DNA from: Octopus vulgaris
Taxonomy: Eukaryota
Assembly (NCBI GenBank): GCA_951406725.2
Contig: OX597816.1
Location: 88,846,001 to 88,910,000, forward strand
Reading direction: 5' to 3'
Length of the DNA stretch: 64,000 nucleotides
Under the pieces are notes generated by a model. The model had not been told where the DNA came from and made no database searches. It worked only from the letters and a program-made list of their open reading frames with translations. The translations under genes were made by a program, and so were the position numbers. Below, one piece after another: positions 1 through 13,874 of the stretch (the stretch's first letter is position 1; each line of letters begins with the position of its first letter).

Positions 1-590
1 TCTACACGCCATTTTTATAACTATTTGACTCGGATACGTTAAAAGAGTTCGCATAGCTACAAATTCGACCAGATTTTCGCTGCTTTTAGAAATCTTTAGA
101 GATAAAAGTTATATTAGAAATATAATTTGGTGAGAGTTTGCGGCATTTGGTAGTTTTATCGTCATATCTCCAAAGTGTATCACAGTCAGTATATTATCTA
201 AAAAGTTACTGAGACCGATTCGTTCGGCTAAAATCCTACAGCACGGCTGCAGTCTAATGACTAAAACAAATAAAAAGAGAAAAGATATCTGTTATGAGTG
301 ACAACACTGGTTGCAAGATTCCCATAAGAAAACACTGATATTGTAAGAATACGAATTAAATAAAGGGTTTGAATTTGGTTGCTTACCATTTTAGAAACAG
401 CATTTTCATCTCTATTTAATTGAAAATGACATATAAACTGACAGAGCCGTGAATAACCTTAGGCAGACGGGATGCTTACACATGGAATACACTTATGTGT
501 TTATGCAATCAAACCTTGACTTGAGTCTAAACAGCAAAAACACGTAGATAATAATACTATTTTTTATCATTATCATTATTATTATTTATG

Positions 591-760
591 AAGGCGGGGG
601 GGGTAGGAGAACCGTTAGCACTCCGAGCAAAACGCTTTGCGGAATTTCGTCCGTCTTTACGTTCTGAGTAAAAATTCCGCCGAGGTCGACTCTTTCTTTC
701 AGCCGTCGGGGTCGATAAAGTAAGTTCCAGTTGAACACTAGAGTCAAGGTAATCGACAAT
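591..760 (+). mobile_element. tRNA-derived SINE, family A (diverged copy)
   Basis: Shares cgttagcac...ttacgttctgag...aattccgccgaggtcgac...ggggtcgataaa with the copies at 6008, 25245 and 31501. Confidence 0.8.
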
Positions 761-799
761 TACTGGCCTTATGCTAAAATTTAAAGCCATTATTATTCT

Positions 800-1650
800 T
801 ATTATTATTTATTCTTTTAACTCACGTTTTGTTGAAAGCCCTAGAATCTTGCACGCTATTTGTAACCTACGGTAACATGCTATTTGTTCTCTTCAACTAT
901 CTAGTTTTTACATGATGATACTGCCCGTACCACAAAAAAAAAACTTTTTGAAACAGCTCAACTGGACAAACTATTCCCAATTTCTTTATATTCCTTTCGG
1001 TATCTGTTGACTGTCTTAACAGTCCGTGAGTCAAATTGACATGCAACACCATTTACAGATCTCACGCAGGTTGTTTACTTTGTCCACCACCACTAAGTCC
1101 GGTTTATTGTGCTCAAGCACCTGGTCCGTTTGAATTGAGAAATCACACATAATTTTTCAGGTCCCCGACTCAGTCACTGTCGGAGATGTGTGGACGTACT
1201 ATTTCTTACTTCTCTTTATCCTTCACTTTCCACACGATCACTAACGTAGAACTTTTGCTCTCTTCCTATCGCCACAACTTATGCTGGATAGGAGCAAATC
1301 TAGGTCATTTACAATATTGGCAATAGTTACATCAATTTCATTATATATTCGACACAATGGTTACATTTTCTTATTTCTCTGACTGACGCTCCAATTTGTG
1401 ACCAAAGCTTGATCTTTTGCTATTAGTATAGAGCTAAAATGCTCTTTTTTAAGTGCTCCTTTCTTTAACGATTCCAACATGATCTCCAGTAACTTCGGTT
1501 GGGACTACATGAAATTTTTTGTTCCTTTTTGAGTAATGCTTCTTCATGTCCATTTTGTACTTCTTGGTTTGTTTTCTCAATTTCTCCCTAACTTTAGTAT
1601 GCTCCCTTCTCTTACTACTGCTAGCAACATTTCGTCACTTTGAGGTGGAT
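800..1650 (-). mobile_element. R4/Dong-type non-LTR retrotransposon 3' fragment (degenerate)
   Basis: Minus-strand translation near 1060-1160 gives IMCDFSIQTDQVLEHNKPDLVVVDK (WDF..PD..D restriction-like endonuclease motif); 3' end abuts a TTA-repeat tract at ~790-812. Confidence 0.75.
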
Positions 1651-1656
1651 ATCTCT

Positions 1657-1950
1657 GCAGTGTGGCCCACTGGTTAGGGCAGCGGACTCGCGATCGTAGG
1701 ATCGCGGTTTAGATTCCCAGACCAGGCGTTGTGAGTGTTTATTGAGCGAAAACATGTAAAAGCCCTACGAGGCTCCGGCAGGGGGTGGCGATCCCTGCTG
1801 TACTCTTTCGCTACAACTTTCTCTCACTCTTTCTTCTGTTGGCCTGCTCGCTTAGCCAGTGGGGTGGCGTCGTTTGAAGGCAAAAACAATGCGAAGCGCA
1901 TTGTGACAAGGGATGTTTAGCAGCATCTGATAGCCTGGTCGGTCACGGTT
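1657..1950 (+). mobile_element. tRNA-derived SINE, family B
   Basis: tRNA-like head with A/B-box-like motifs (tggcccactggttagg...ggtttagattccc); body matches 44445-44605 (-) and tail matches 35027-35132 (-). Confidence 0.8.
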
Positions 1951-2348
1951 ATCTCTGGAGCATGCAGAGATATCTGTGCTCAATATGCATTCAATCTTTC
2001 ACAAACACATATTAATCCTATTCCTCCATTTTCTCACTTTACTATTATTATATGCTCAATACCATAGATTTGCTTGTCAGTTGTTCGACCTTAACCAACT
2101 GAGCATGGCCTTTCGTAGTTGACGACATGTGCATCTCTGTCTGATCAGGTGCAGAAGTAGTTGGGGAGCATCATGTGCTGAGAGAAATTCTTTGGAGCTT
2201 GAATAATTCGCCTCTGGAAACATGGGTGTTTCATTCAACATCCATAAACAACCCTTATTCAAGGACCGTTTGAGTGGGATGAGCTACTCAACATGCAGAA
2301 AATTCTAAATGAACCCCACGTGCAAGGTCATGCGCTGCTCTCTTGCTC

Positions 2349-2428
<80 letters not shown>

Positions 2429-2450
2429 TAATAATAATAATAATAATAAC
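2349..2450. repeat. (AAT)n microsatellite
   Basis: Directly visible; source of the poly-I and poly-L ORFs. Confidence 0.98.
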
Positions 2451-2459
2451 AATAAAAAA

Positions 2460-3283
2460 TAACGACCAGTTTTCAAGAGATACAAACGCCAGGACAGATA
2501 CAGAAGACCGATGGCTATGGATGAGGAAGAGTGATCTGAAGATAGAGACGGAAGTACTCATATGCGCAGCTCAAGAACAAGCGTTAAGGACTATGTGAAG
2601 CGCAGAATCGACAAAACTACCGACAGCGACAAATACAGAATGTGTGGTGACAGGGGTGAAACGGTATGGCACATCGGTAGCAAATGCCCGAAATTGGCAT
2701 AACACCATTACAAATGACGACATGACAACGTAGCAAGAATGATTCAATGGGAGATCTGTGGAAATCATGGCCTTCAAATAGCAAAGACGTGGTATGAGCA
2801 AACCCCGGAAGGAATCACCGAGAATGAAAATTGAAAAATCCTGTGGGATGCAATGATTCAATGGGATCATCTGACCAGACATCGGGGACCGGACATCGTT
2901 GTGGTGAAAAAGATGAAAGAACATGCATGATAATCGACATAGCATGTTCTGGTGACAACAGGATCAAAGAGAAAGAAGAAAATGAACAGCTATAGCTATT
3001 CGAAGGTTGTGGTCAAATAGGAGAGTAGACGTGGTACCAATAGTAATTGGCACACTTCGAAATATCAGCACTCAACTACCAGCATAGCTCAAACAGATTG
3101 GTACAAATGTAAAGGTAGAGCACCTACAAATATCAGCATTACCTAGAACTGCAAGAATTCTTCACAGTGTTCTTGAAGCATAACCAGTAAACAAGTGTCA
3201 CGTTAGTCTGCTGGCTATGGGCAGCCGACACTTTCCACCATACCCATCAAAATAAGCCGTGAGTTTTCATATAATAATAATAA
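2460..3283 (+). mobile_element. R4/Dong-type LINE 3' fragment (zinc knuckle plus RLE, with stops and frameshifts)
   Basis: WLWMRKSDLKIETEVLICAAQEQALRT, then RMCGDRGETVWHIGSKCP, HDNVAR, ILWD and PDIVVV; flanked by (AAT)n on both sides. Confidence 0.88.
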
Positions 3284-5159
3284 AAATACCAGTAGAGTGA
3301 AGATAAAAAGCTTGAAGAGAAATTTTTAATATGTCACTTATAAAGCGTGTTGTTTTCATTTCAAATGGTTTCCACACATCCATGTACATGGAAATGAGCT
3401 GTTCACTTCAAATAGAAACGTGTGTAGGAATATTGTTTGTCAGCAATAAAACTCATACAATAGTGTGAATTGACATCTTTGTATAGGTGCGTCTTTGTAT
3501 TACACACACATATATACACATGTGTGTGTGTGTGTGTGTGGTATTGACATACAAGAATCCGTATAAGCATGAATACGTAGAGATATGCATTACATATGTT
3601 TGCTAGGGTTTCTCGAAGAAAAATTATGTGTATATATGTACAAATGCCTATGTTTCACTATCAAAATCAAATTTGGCAAAATGCATAAAGTTTCTTGACA
3701 CAGACAACAAAATATAAAAATATACACCATGTTTATCGAATTTATGTTATGCAGTATCTGCCAAAAATAATGATTCTAAAATCGGAATCATCAAAGAAAT
3801 GGAAATAAGAATCCAATATTCTGAAATTCAATATTTTATTATCAAACAGATCCATTAAATATATTTCGTACGTTCCGAACTGAATGCAAGCATAGAATAG
3901 GACGCGAAAAATTGTTAAACTTCTGCAAGAAAGCGTCATTTTTATCTATTTTTCATTCCTTGTCGCAAAGAAATTACAAGAGATATATCTCTGTCAAGTC
4001 ATAATTTGTGCATATGGCGACAATAAAATTAAATTGTCTTGAGCTTTGTGGTATTCAGAGACCTTTTTGTGTGGGTCGACTATATATATATATATATATA
4101 TAATATAGAAAATGTCACCTGTTTTTGTTTTGTTTCTTTCCCTTCTGCCCTGCCTTCTTCTCCTTCTCCTCCTTATCCGATTTCCCCTTTGCTAACTGCT
4201 CTGCACTCTACACGCAGATCATTTGTACGTACATACACCCTCATACATACAAATATGTCAACATACATGTATACATATATATTATGTGTATGTTTGTGTA
4301 TGTACATATGTGTGTGTACATATATGCATACATATATATATGTACACGATCATTCATATAGACATATATTCATACTTAGTTACATAGAGTCATACTAACA
4401 CAAGTAAAATATTTGGTACCGCTCAAATCGTTTGTAGTTTGTCATTCACTTTCTGATACCACTTCTCTTTCTTCCACTTTCTTTCTCTCATTCGCTTGTC
4501 ATTCTGTCTCTCCCCCTCTCTCTCCATATATGCAAACATGTGCCTGTATGTTCTTTTTGTTTATTTTCATAAAATAATATCATATCATACAAACAATAAA
4601 ATATTAAACTAAGTCCAATGCATAGAAACAGAAAGATATTTTAAAATGTTTACTGTTTGGCTCTAATAAGGAAACTCTTTCATGGCTATACTATAATAAT
4701 GTTTAAATCTATTTACATAAACTTACATAAATCTTCAAAATGTTTTAGAATATCTTAGAATCTATTTACCAACCATTTGGAAGATCACTATATATGTGTC
4801 TCTGAGTATACATAACATATATCAATAATTCAATCACCATATCCACCTCTGCAACAAGCAGCGGAAAATCTTTTCTCTCTGTCTATATGTGCTACTTTAT
4901 TCTCTGGCCGTCGTCTTCCTTTCTCTCATCCTCGCTCTTTCCCATCTATGCTTCTTTGTTTCTTATTCTCGCTAATCTAATCAGACACCCGTTTAAACAC
5001 ACAGGAAACACATTATAGTCTAAGTCTTCGATTGAGTGTGTGTGAGAGAGAGAGAGAGAGTGTGTGGACTTATGTGTATAAATAGATAGAGTGTGAGATA
5101 GAGGAAGAAATACAGAATTAGATACCTCTGTAAATATACTAAAAATTCTATAGTATAAA

Positions 5160-5345
5160 ATCTTTTACTGTTTTCAGTCATTGGATTGCAGCCATGCTGA
5201 CGCACTGCCTCTAGGGGTTTAGTCAAACATATTGGACCCAGTACATACTGTATTGAGCTCTATTGTAAAGTCATTAATTGAGCGGGGAGGAGTAAATAAA
5301 CCAACACCACTTGTCAAGCGATAGTGAAGGACAAACTCTGACACA
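5160..5345 (-). mobile_element. SINE family D 3' portion (diverged)
   Basis: cgcttgacaagtggtgttggtttattta...cagcatggctgcaatccaatgactgaaa resembles 25880-26075 (+) and 47705-48065 (-). Confidence 0.6.
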
Positions 5346-5360
5346 CCTGAGAACATAATA

Positions 5361-5361
<1 letters not shown>

Positions 5362-5425
<64 letters not shown>

Positions 5426-5580
5426 CAGAGAGACAGACAGACAGACAGACAGATAGACAGACAGACATACAGACATACAGACAGAGAAAGGGAGAGATAG
5501 AGAGATAGAGATAGAGGGAGATAGAGAGATAGAGATAGGGAGATAGAGATAGAGAGATAGATAGTTAAAAAAAGAGAGAG
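5362..5580. repeat. Compound (TA)n/(GA)n/(GACA)n/(GAGATA)n microsatellite
   Basis: Directly visible. Confidence 0.95.
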
Positions 5581-6007
5581 ATGGGGATTAGTCAAAACCT
5601 AAGATCTCAAAACCATATTGAAAAACAATATTTGGTTCTAACTAAACATGTCGCCTACAGTGACTTTACGCATTGGTATCTGCCGAGTTAGCCATTCCGT
5701 CAAATTGTTGACAGAAATAAAATATTTGTGGAACACTTTTATGAATTGCTATTTTTAAATGTTAATTATCTAGCGTTTAGAAATTTACCAATTCCTGTTG
5801 TTTTTTTTTTTAATTATTTTTAATCGCGCTAGCAGAAATAAATTTTAGAAAAGTGAAAGAGAGGTGCGGAATTACTCCCGTTAACAACACAGATCCACAA
5901 AATAGATTCATAACGTAGCTTTAAAGTTTAGAAATGTGACCGAAAGTTGTCACGAAAATACCAGTAACTAATTCAGTGCTTATTTCGACAGATTCTCTAC
6001 TAGAATA

Positions 6008-6234
6008 CCGAGCTGGCAGAAACGTTAGCACGCCGGGCGAAATGCTTTGCGGTATTTCGTCTGTCGTTACATTCTGAGTTCAAATTCCGCCGAGGTCAAC
6101 TTTGCCTTTCATCCTTTCGGGGTCGATAAATTAAGGACCAGTTACGCACTGGGGTCGATGTAATCGACTTAATCCGTTTGTCTGTCCTTGTTTGTCCCCT
6201 CTATGTTTGGCCTCTTGTGGGTAGTAAAGAAATA
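6008..6234 (+). mobile_element. SINE family A, near full length
   Basis: gagctggcagaaacgttagcacgccgggcgaaatgc...gagttcaaattcc (B-box-like)...gtcgataaattaag...gtagtaaagaaata. Confidence 0.9.
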
Positions 6235-7949
6235 TCTACTAGAATACAAGTCAGCGAAGGCGAACTTGAAAAATTGGTTGCTCAACAACTTTGGTGGAAA
6301 GAAACAAAGTGCAAATAAATATCTCATATACTATATTTTACACAAAGCATAATGAAAGTGATTAAGGCCAAAATATATTGCTTCGTGGGTGAATAATTCT
6401 TTTTACTTGAAAGCAAATACAATAGATACCTCATTTAATAAAATATTTCGACAAACGGTTTTGTATTTCTTTTCTTCTCAATTTTTGTAACACATTGCCT
6501 GTAAATATTTAAGTTCTAATGTTTTATATGCGTATCTGCATATATCTACGTAGTATATAAGTATGTATCTATATATGTGTATCTTTGTATGTATGTTTAT
6601 GTACATACATTAAATTATTGGTGTGTTGACAGTATTTAGTTTCGATGCTAAAATATACTATTGAACATATCTATAGATTCTAAGCCAAGAATGTATTTAC
6701 GATAAATGTAAACAATACAGTATGCTTGCGGGCAAAGAAAGTAACAGGTGTATATGTTGCACATTTCAACTCTTAGAGACTCACCAGCAGCACATACATT
6801 TCAATAAGGGAATCATAGTTTTACTGTGTTCGTTAACAGATCAAACCTCAACGAGGAGCAGATTATTGAGCAATATTCTGGACACCTAAATACAGCAGAC
6901 AGTTGTCATATCAATGTCAGTCCCAGAGGTAGGAATCCTATGCTACTGAGTAGGATAGCAGACAAGGCTTCTATATATAATCTATACTACAGACTCTCAT
7001 GACAAGTCTTTTATTTACCGTCTGTATAAGTATAGGCTCATTTGGTTCTTTTAGCTTATTATTTTCCATGGCGAGATTTAACAACAATGGCCAGAAGACC
7101 CAGACACTCTAAGAGAGAGAAGATTCTTTGAATATCCTGGTAATATTTACCGGTACATACACGATGCAAACACGTAACAACAAATATTAGCTAGATTTAA
7201 ATAGTACTTCGAGAAAAAGACAAATTTCAAAGTTCATGGTTTGGTGTCTTGGAAACACATTAGGCCACAATCATTCCACAAGTATTTGGAATATTTAAGG
7301 ACTATTATAAAGCATTGTTATCCATTAACCTGGACATTTCTTTAAAAAAAAACAAGTGCTTGTATAAACATATAAAAAAACTCGCAAAATACATTAAATC
7401 AAACGACTGTTAGAGAGTGGTTAATAAATATTCTTTCCATGTGTTAGACAGACTGGTGAGCATCTATGGAATCTGCGCCCCATATTCAAGCTACAGTTAT
7501 ATACAATCAATTGCATTTTATGTTAACCTGCAGGCAAAAACGTATGTGTGTCAAGGAACCGTTCCTGCATAATTAATAGTTTTTTTTATATGTTAAAATA
7601 GAAGATCAATGAAAGAACTTGTCAAATAGTGACTTGAGACATCACATTCAGGAAACGTGGAGGATAATCAGTTGCGACAATTTCTGATCATTATCGCCGC
7701 ATGAAAAATTTTGCAATCACACTAAAACAACGACAGGAAATATATGTTGCATATATAAGGTATAAATCAAGAACTGGCTGAAAAGTGTGAACCACAGATA
7801 GAAGGCGCTGTCTTTCTCTTACTACAGTTTGAAATAGGTGACAGAGTTAATATGGGGACAGAGTTAATATGTATGCGTCAACGTAAAAACAGAAATAGTG
7901 TCAGACATAGTACAATTTGTATGGCTATACTGGTCACTGAAATACCAAA

Positions 7950-8560
7950 AGGCTTCAAAGGACTTTCCATTTTAAATTTAGTCACTTTCAATACACATTC
8001 CACACTATTTGGAGGAAGATTTAGGGCAAAGTATGACAATGATAGGTATAGACACCAGAATTATTCCGGATTATATTAATACTATGTGCTCTGTGGACGG
8101 TTCTGGAAAGTTATCTTTGACGATTATGAAAATAACATTTTTTTTGGCTAATAGTCTTGCGACTTCTACATAGGATTTGTGAGAATTTACTTTTAGCAAC
8201 GTATTTTTAGAGTCGGAGTTTTCAAATGTTTCGTAATAAATGAACCAGTCACTAGTTTTCTTCCACCTCCGAAAGTAAGTCATTTCTTCATTTACGCAGT
8301 TTTGTTCCCAGAACTGGATAGTGCTCGAAAATTAATGTTCTCCAGTCTCTTTCAAGATTTACACTTCCATCTCTTCATCTTTTATTCTTGAAACTGTGCA
8401 CTCAGTCAGATTTGTTCTAGACCTATTTTAAAATTATCTAGAGTTACTTTTTCCATAACAGCTGTGGAATTCATTGAAAATTTTAATTTTCGTCATAACG
8501 TTTTGCCCTGAAATCCATTGAATACTTGATTTGTTTTTACCTCGTGCATTTTTTAAAAAA
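7950..8560 (-). pseudogene. Possible highly degraded Tc1/IS630-like transposase fragment
   Basis: SHKSYVEVARLLAKKNVIFIIVKDNFPEPS weakly recalls the H...L...P..SP segment of DDE transposases; many stops; no TIR pair found. Confidence 0.2.
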
Positions 8561-9039
8561 ACATTCGTCATATTTTGTATTTTTGATTTACTATTGACAA
8601 GCTATAAGGTTGTTGAAACCGGTGTAGTATTGTTTTGATTTTTTTAAAAACTAAAATCGATTTTTAAGAAACAGGTGCAATTTCAATTCCAAAACCTTAT
8701 ATGTGTGTGTATGTGTGTCTCTGCATCGATACATTTGGGTATGGTTTCTTCCTCCATCTTTGATTATATTTTCTGTTGCTTTCTGTTTCGCTTTCCTTCT
8801 TGTCTTCTATTTCTTCTCAGCCTTTCCTTTTGTCATCTTTACTCTTTGCAGCTAGCATGCCATACATATCCTTGTGTGAATGCATGCTAGCATGCATATG
8901 TCTATGTATGTACATGAAAGCATATTTACTTGAATGACAAGTCTATATATGTTATTGTATGCATACCCACATATTCATATTTGATGGTTGAACCTAGAAA
9001 ATCAGACACCAAACCCTAAACCTATGCATCAATGATCAC

Positions 9040-10420
9040 ACTATCGCTCCTGAACCACACAGAGAATGCTACAAGTACCTAGGCATTGATAAAAACTTAT
9101 TGTACGAAGGAGCTGTGAATAAAGATAGAGTGAGCTGAGAATATTATGCCATACTCAAAACAAAATGACAGTCCGAACTCTCCTCTTACAAAACAATATA
9201 CCACAATCATTTGAAATACTAGGGCTGATTCCAGCACTTGAGATTTCTGATTGATCTGAAGAGAAAATCCACTCTAAAGACTTTAAAACCTGCAAGACAT
9301 TGACATTAAGTAGAAATCACAGAAATTGTGATATCGACAGACTCTAATAAAAGATAAACAAGGTAAAGGCTTGAAACCAGTGTAGACAGCCTTCGAATGT
9401 CGTAAGGTATCTCTCAGACCACACTTGCTAAAAAGCAACAGTAAAAATAAATACATTAAATTAATACTGAAAAGTGAATCAAACAACATCCTAAGTGTCG
9501 GATGTGAGATCCTCAGGAATCATTCACTTCTTGATGACCTCCTCCTATACAACCCCAAATCAGCTGGACAAACATATTTCAAATAAGAACTGGATGAGAA
9601 ACGCTCAGCATGCCAAAAAAGAAGAAAAAAACATGCATGATCGACATGAAGTGAAGCCTCTCTTGGACTCCTTACCGCTACATCACATCACTCATAGAAG
9701 GCTATGCATTTACAATTCAAGAACAGGAGATTGCTACTAAATACCTAATCAAGAAATGAGAGAGTGAAGCCCTTGGAGTTCCAAGATGCAACTGTAAATG
9801 TAGATTATAGCATATTTCTGTGAAAGACATCAAATATATGATTAGCAGCTGCCCAAAAATGTCATCAAGGTACTATCTCCCTATACGACACGTCATTGTC
9901 GCAAAAACAACATACAATGCCGTTCGGAGAAAAAAAACTGTACTGGACTAAATGTAAAATATCCTGCTGTTACTAAATATATACACAAACATCAACACAC
10001 AAGAAAGGAGTACTGGGGGAACGTTCCCCCCAAAAAGCGATCTGTCAAGTAAAGCATAACCTGCTGGTTATTGTTGTTTGGAACAGACAAGAAAAGCTAT
10101 GTACCGTCATACAGGTCAGCTGTGCTGCTGATGTAACTATCTCTTCAAAAAAAACCCAAAACAGCAAGAGAATAACTACATACAACTGCTTCGAAACCTT
10201 TATTTTCAGATTATAAAATCACATTTATACCAATAATAATAGGTGTGTGAGTAAATGCCTAAGTGACAATCTGAATATACTAGGGTTTTCAGAAAAAGAA
10301 ATCAACCAACTTACACATAACAAATACAATCTGTCAGTGGAACAGTAAAAGTATGCAAGAATTTTCTCAAGTCTAGAATGTGATTTGTTTTTGCTGTCTA
10401 CATTCCAATGTTGGAGTTTC
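9040..10420 (+). mobile_element. Old R4/Dong-like LINE remnant (RT C-terminus, zinc knuckle, RLE)
   Basis: ECYKYLGID near 9065; CNCKCRL...MISSCPKMSSRYYLPIRH near 9790-9890; VIVVWNRQEKLCTVIQVSCAAD near 10070-10130; heavily disrupted. Confidence 0.75.
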
Positions 10421-10676
10421 GTATCTTTCTTAGAAACCAACTCCTTTCTCAGAGGAATAATTTAATTAATAACAGAAGACAACATACACAATTACATCTC
10501 CATCTTTTCTCTCGTCATCTATACTTTGAAGTGTTACAGACTTCTTCCATTTTTCATTAGCGTCAATCTAACACACTCTGATTCTTTTTCTTTCACCTCG
10601 CCTTTGTGTTTTCTTTATTTCTGTACCATACATACACGCATACGAACATACGTACGTACATACATACATACATACA

Positions 10677-10707
<31 letters not shown>

Positions 10708-12394
10708 TCAAACAAGTGTACGTGTATCTATGTATGTGTCTGTGCATCTATATAACTACATCTATATATATATACATATAAGTTTGTATGTGTCTATGTG
10801 AGTGTATATTGAAAACTCAGTGTGAGCTTGTACATCATAGAAATAACTATGCGTGAAAGCACGTGTCATAGTTTTTGTATATACTTACGTATGTATTTTA
10901 GTAAATAATTAATTGTATACTGGTGTATAATTTCTTTCCATTACCTTTTAAGTGAAATTTTGTAATTCTTCTGATCTTGTGACCGTAACGGTATCTATCG
11001 AGATATTTCCGCAATGTATGTTAAACAATTTTTTTTTAATAAAACATATATAGTGGGAGAGAGAGAGAAAATCTTTGTTTTCATCTTTGCTTGCTAAGTG
11101 CATTGGCTTAAAACACTTGTGAACCAGCCTAGGAGATTTTCAAATACAAACAATCGATAGATTCTGGGAAACACACCACTATTCCTTTAAAAGGTCCTAC
11201 TTTTTAATTTACTGTATATCCCTATGTCAAACAAGTTAATTACCTTGATATTTTATCAAAGATTATCGTTGATTTGATTTCAATATTTATTGTCAGCGAT
11301 TAATTGATCATGTATCACGCGAGTCTTCAGCCTGACACTATGGAGAAAATATACATAGTTATTACCACAATTTGCTTCAAGAAGCTATAATAACAATATT
11401 ACAATTCATTTCGTAACCTTCATGTCAGCATTCATAAGGAAACTCTAACGCAAGAATATTAACCTTGACATTAAATAGACAATAATTCATGTTTATGTAT
11501 AAGGCAACATATAAGCAAAGGTTATTAAGCATATTTTGAAGGAGTTATAATATATAATTACGAAATAGCCCTCCTACATTAATATTTTGAACATTTTAAA
11601 TACTTCCTACTTAAAAGGTAGTTAACTGTAAAATTATTTAAACCTTTAGAGATTTTCTATCCAATATTTGCATTTGCACTAATTTTTTATTAAATTATCG
11701 TCTTCAACAGACAAAACATTAATAATACTGTCTATCATAAATATTTTGTTTTATTAAATATTATGCGACTAAACACGGAATTTAAGTAATAATTGAATGT
11801 TCATTATATTTAATAGATAAATTTGAAATCATAAATTTTATGGAAATTACTAATAAATTTAAGATACATTCATAAAGAAATATTCACAAAATTTTAGCCT
11901 GCATGCATATTGTATAAGGATAACAATTACTAAATAATCGAACTTAGTCAACTTTTTGATACATGGGAGATAAATTTATAACATTGAAGTAAAATTATGA
12001 AATAATTAAATTATCTATTTCACCCGGCTAAATAGTTTATGGTTATTTGAAACTGAAAATTTAAAAATAGCAATTTCTATCCTTCCATTTATACGCTGAC
12101 GCTTTCAGTCAAATTATCTGGGATTTTGATATAAGCGTCTAAGAATATAGTTATTCATAAGTGTGTATGTGTGTGTGTATGTGTGTGTATGTGGGTGGGT
12201 GTGCGTGTGAGCAGTTGTAGAGTATATCTTAATAGTAAATTCTAAGCAGAAAGAAATTATGCTCTCTGTATCTACTAACGAAAAATAGTAACGCTGCTAT
12301 TGCTATATCAGTTTTTGTTTCTAACATATTTTTATGTAACGATGGTAGGACATGTTTTATAACATTAATAATAATCACTTCGATCATAGACACA

Positions 12395-12560
12395 AGGCCT
12401 GAAATTTGGGCGAGGGATATTCGATTATATTGACGTCATTGCTCAACTGGTACTTATTTTATCGACCCCGAACGAATGAAGGTGAAAGTCGAGTGCCGTG
12501 TAATTAGAACTCAGAACGTAAAAACGAACGAAATATCTCTGACGATTCTGCCAGCTCCCC
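12395..12560 (-). mobile_element. SINE family A, diverged
   Basis: tggtacttattttatcgaccccgaacgaatgaaggtgaaagtcga...actcagaacgtaa...ctgccagctc is the reverse complement of family A. Confidence 0.75.
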
Positions 12561-13538
12561 ATCATTACAACGACAACGGTTTTCTGCTAGTCTCTCCTAG
12601 ATAATATTTTTACATGTGATTCCCAATTCTAATAATTTTTATATTTTACGTCTAATTATTTATCTATATAACATCACCGTAGCCCAACAACAGATGGAGA
12701 AGTAATTTGTCAAGTTTTACCTTCCCCTCAAAGCAACATAGGGATTACAATTCATCAGCCCATTGCAAACAATGAATGGAATAAACATGAAATGACAAAA
12801 TCGTATAAATAAAAGGGCATTACTGCAGATGTATACGCCCCCGATTTTGTTGCCTCATAACATCCATAAAAATGAATACTTTTTAACAGGATTTCCTACA
12901 AATACCGCTTAGATGTTGTGGCTTCAGAGTATATAGGAATTTTGTGTCAAAATATTTTCGTCGCTTTGAAACCGCAACCTGTTCACTGACAAAACTTCAC
13001 AAAAGTGATGGAGAACGAAGTTTTGGAAAATTCACGCGATCTGACTTTTTTCACTCATAACTTTCAGAAATATGGGTATCTTCTACTGAAAATTTATACA
13101 AATCCCTTTCAAACGGCAAAGATTACGATTATAAAGAAATTTGTGGGGAAAATCTAATTGGGGATTTTGCCGATTCTTTTTAAACTGCAGCCTTCGAAAT
13201 GATGTGACTGTGGGGCGGAATATTTGTATAAACACATTTGTTTACAACTCCTCCCCTCCCATCATCCAGTGGAATGATGAGGGAGGGGGGCAATTGTAAT
13301 TTTGCAATTCAAATCCATGGGAAGATCATTTTCGGTGAAAAAATGTTTTAATTGTTAATATCTTCAGAAGGAAAAGTGAGTGAGTTAAGGGCGATTTGGC
13401 TGTTGTTTCTAGCACATCCAAAAACAACCCTCATCGTTTTTTTTATCACTCTCGCATTTATTGATGTTTTACAATATCTTTCCCGTTAAATACATTTATA
13501 TACTATAAAAAGGGAAATTTGAGAAATTATGAATTTTT

Positions 13539-13816
13539 TGCAACCCCCACTTCTGCCCCGATTGTTCTGTTTAGAAATAAAAATATTGGAGAGCCTGAGA
13601 AGGTCAATGCTGGCATTTAACAACAGTGTAAGTTCTTTTGGCCACGCTGCAATTGTTTTTGTGTCAACACACAATCTCAGATCAAGTCGCTTGCTATGCA
13701 GGTACATCTCTGTAATTTTCTAAATCACTGTCGTTAAATGCCAGCAATGACCTTCTCAGACTCTCCAATTTTTTAATTTCTAAACAGAAACAATCAAGGC
13801 AGGAAGTGGGGGTTAC

Positions 13817-13817
<1 letters not shown>
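13539..13817. mobile_element. MITE / fold-back element with ~90-bp terminal inverted repeats
   Basis: 13539-13628 (tgcaacccccactt...gctggcatttaacaacagtg) is an imperfect reverse complement of 13726-13817; ~95-bp noncoding core. Confidence 0.8.

Positions 13818-13870
<53 letters not shown>
13817..13870. repeat. (AAT)n microsatellite
   Basis: Directly visible. Confidence 0.97.
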
Positions 13871-13871
<1 letters not shown>

Positions 13872-13874
13872 TGT

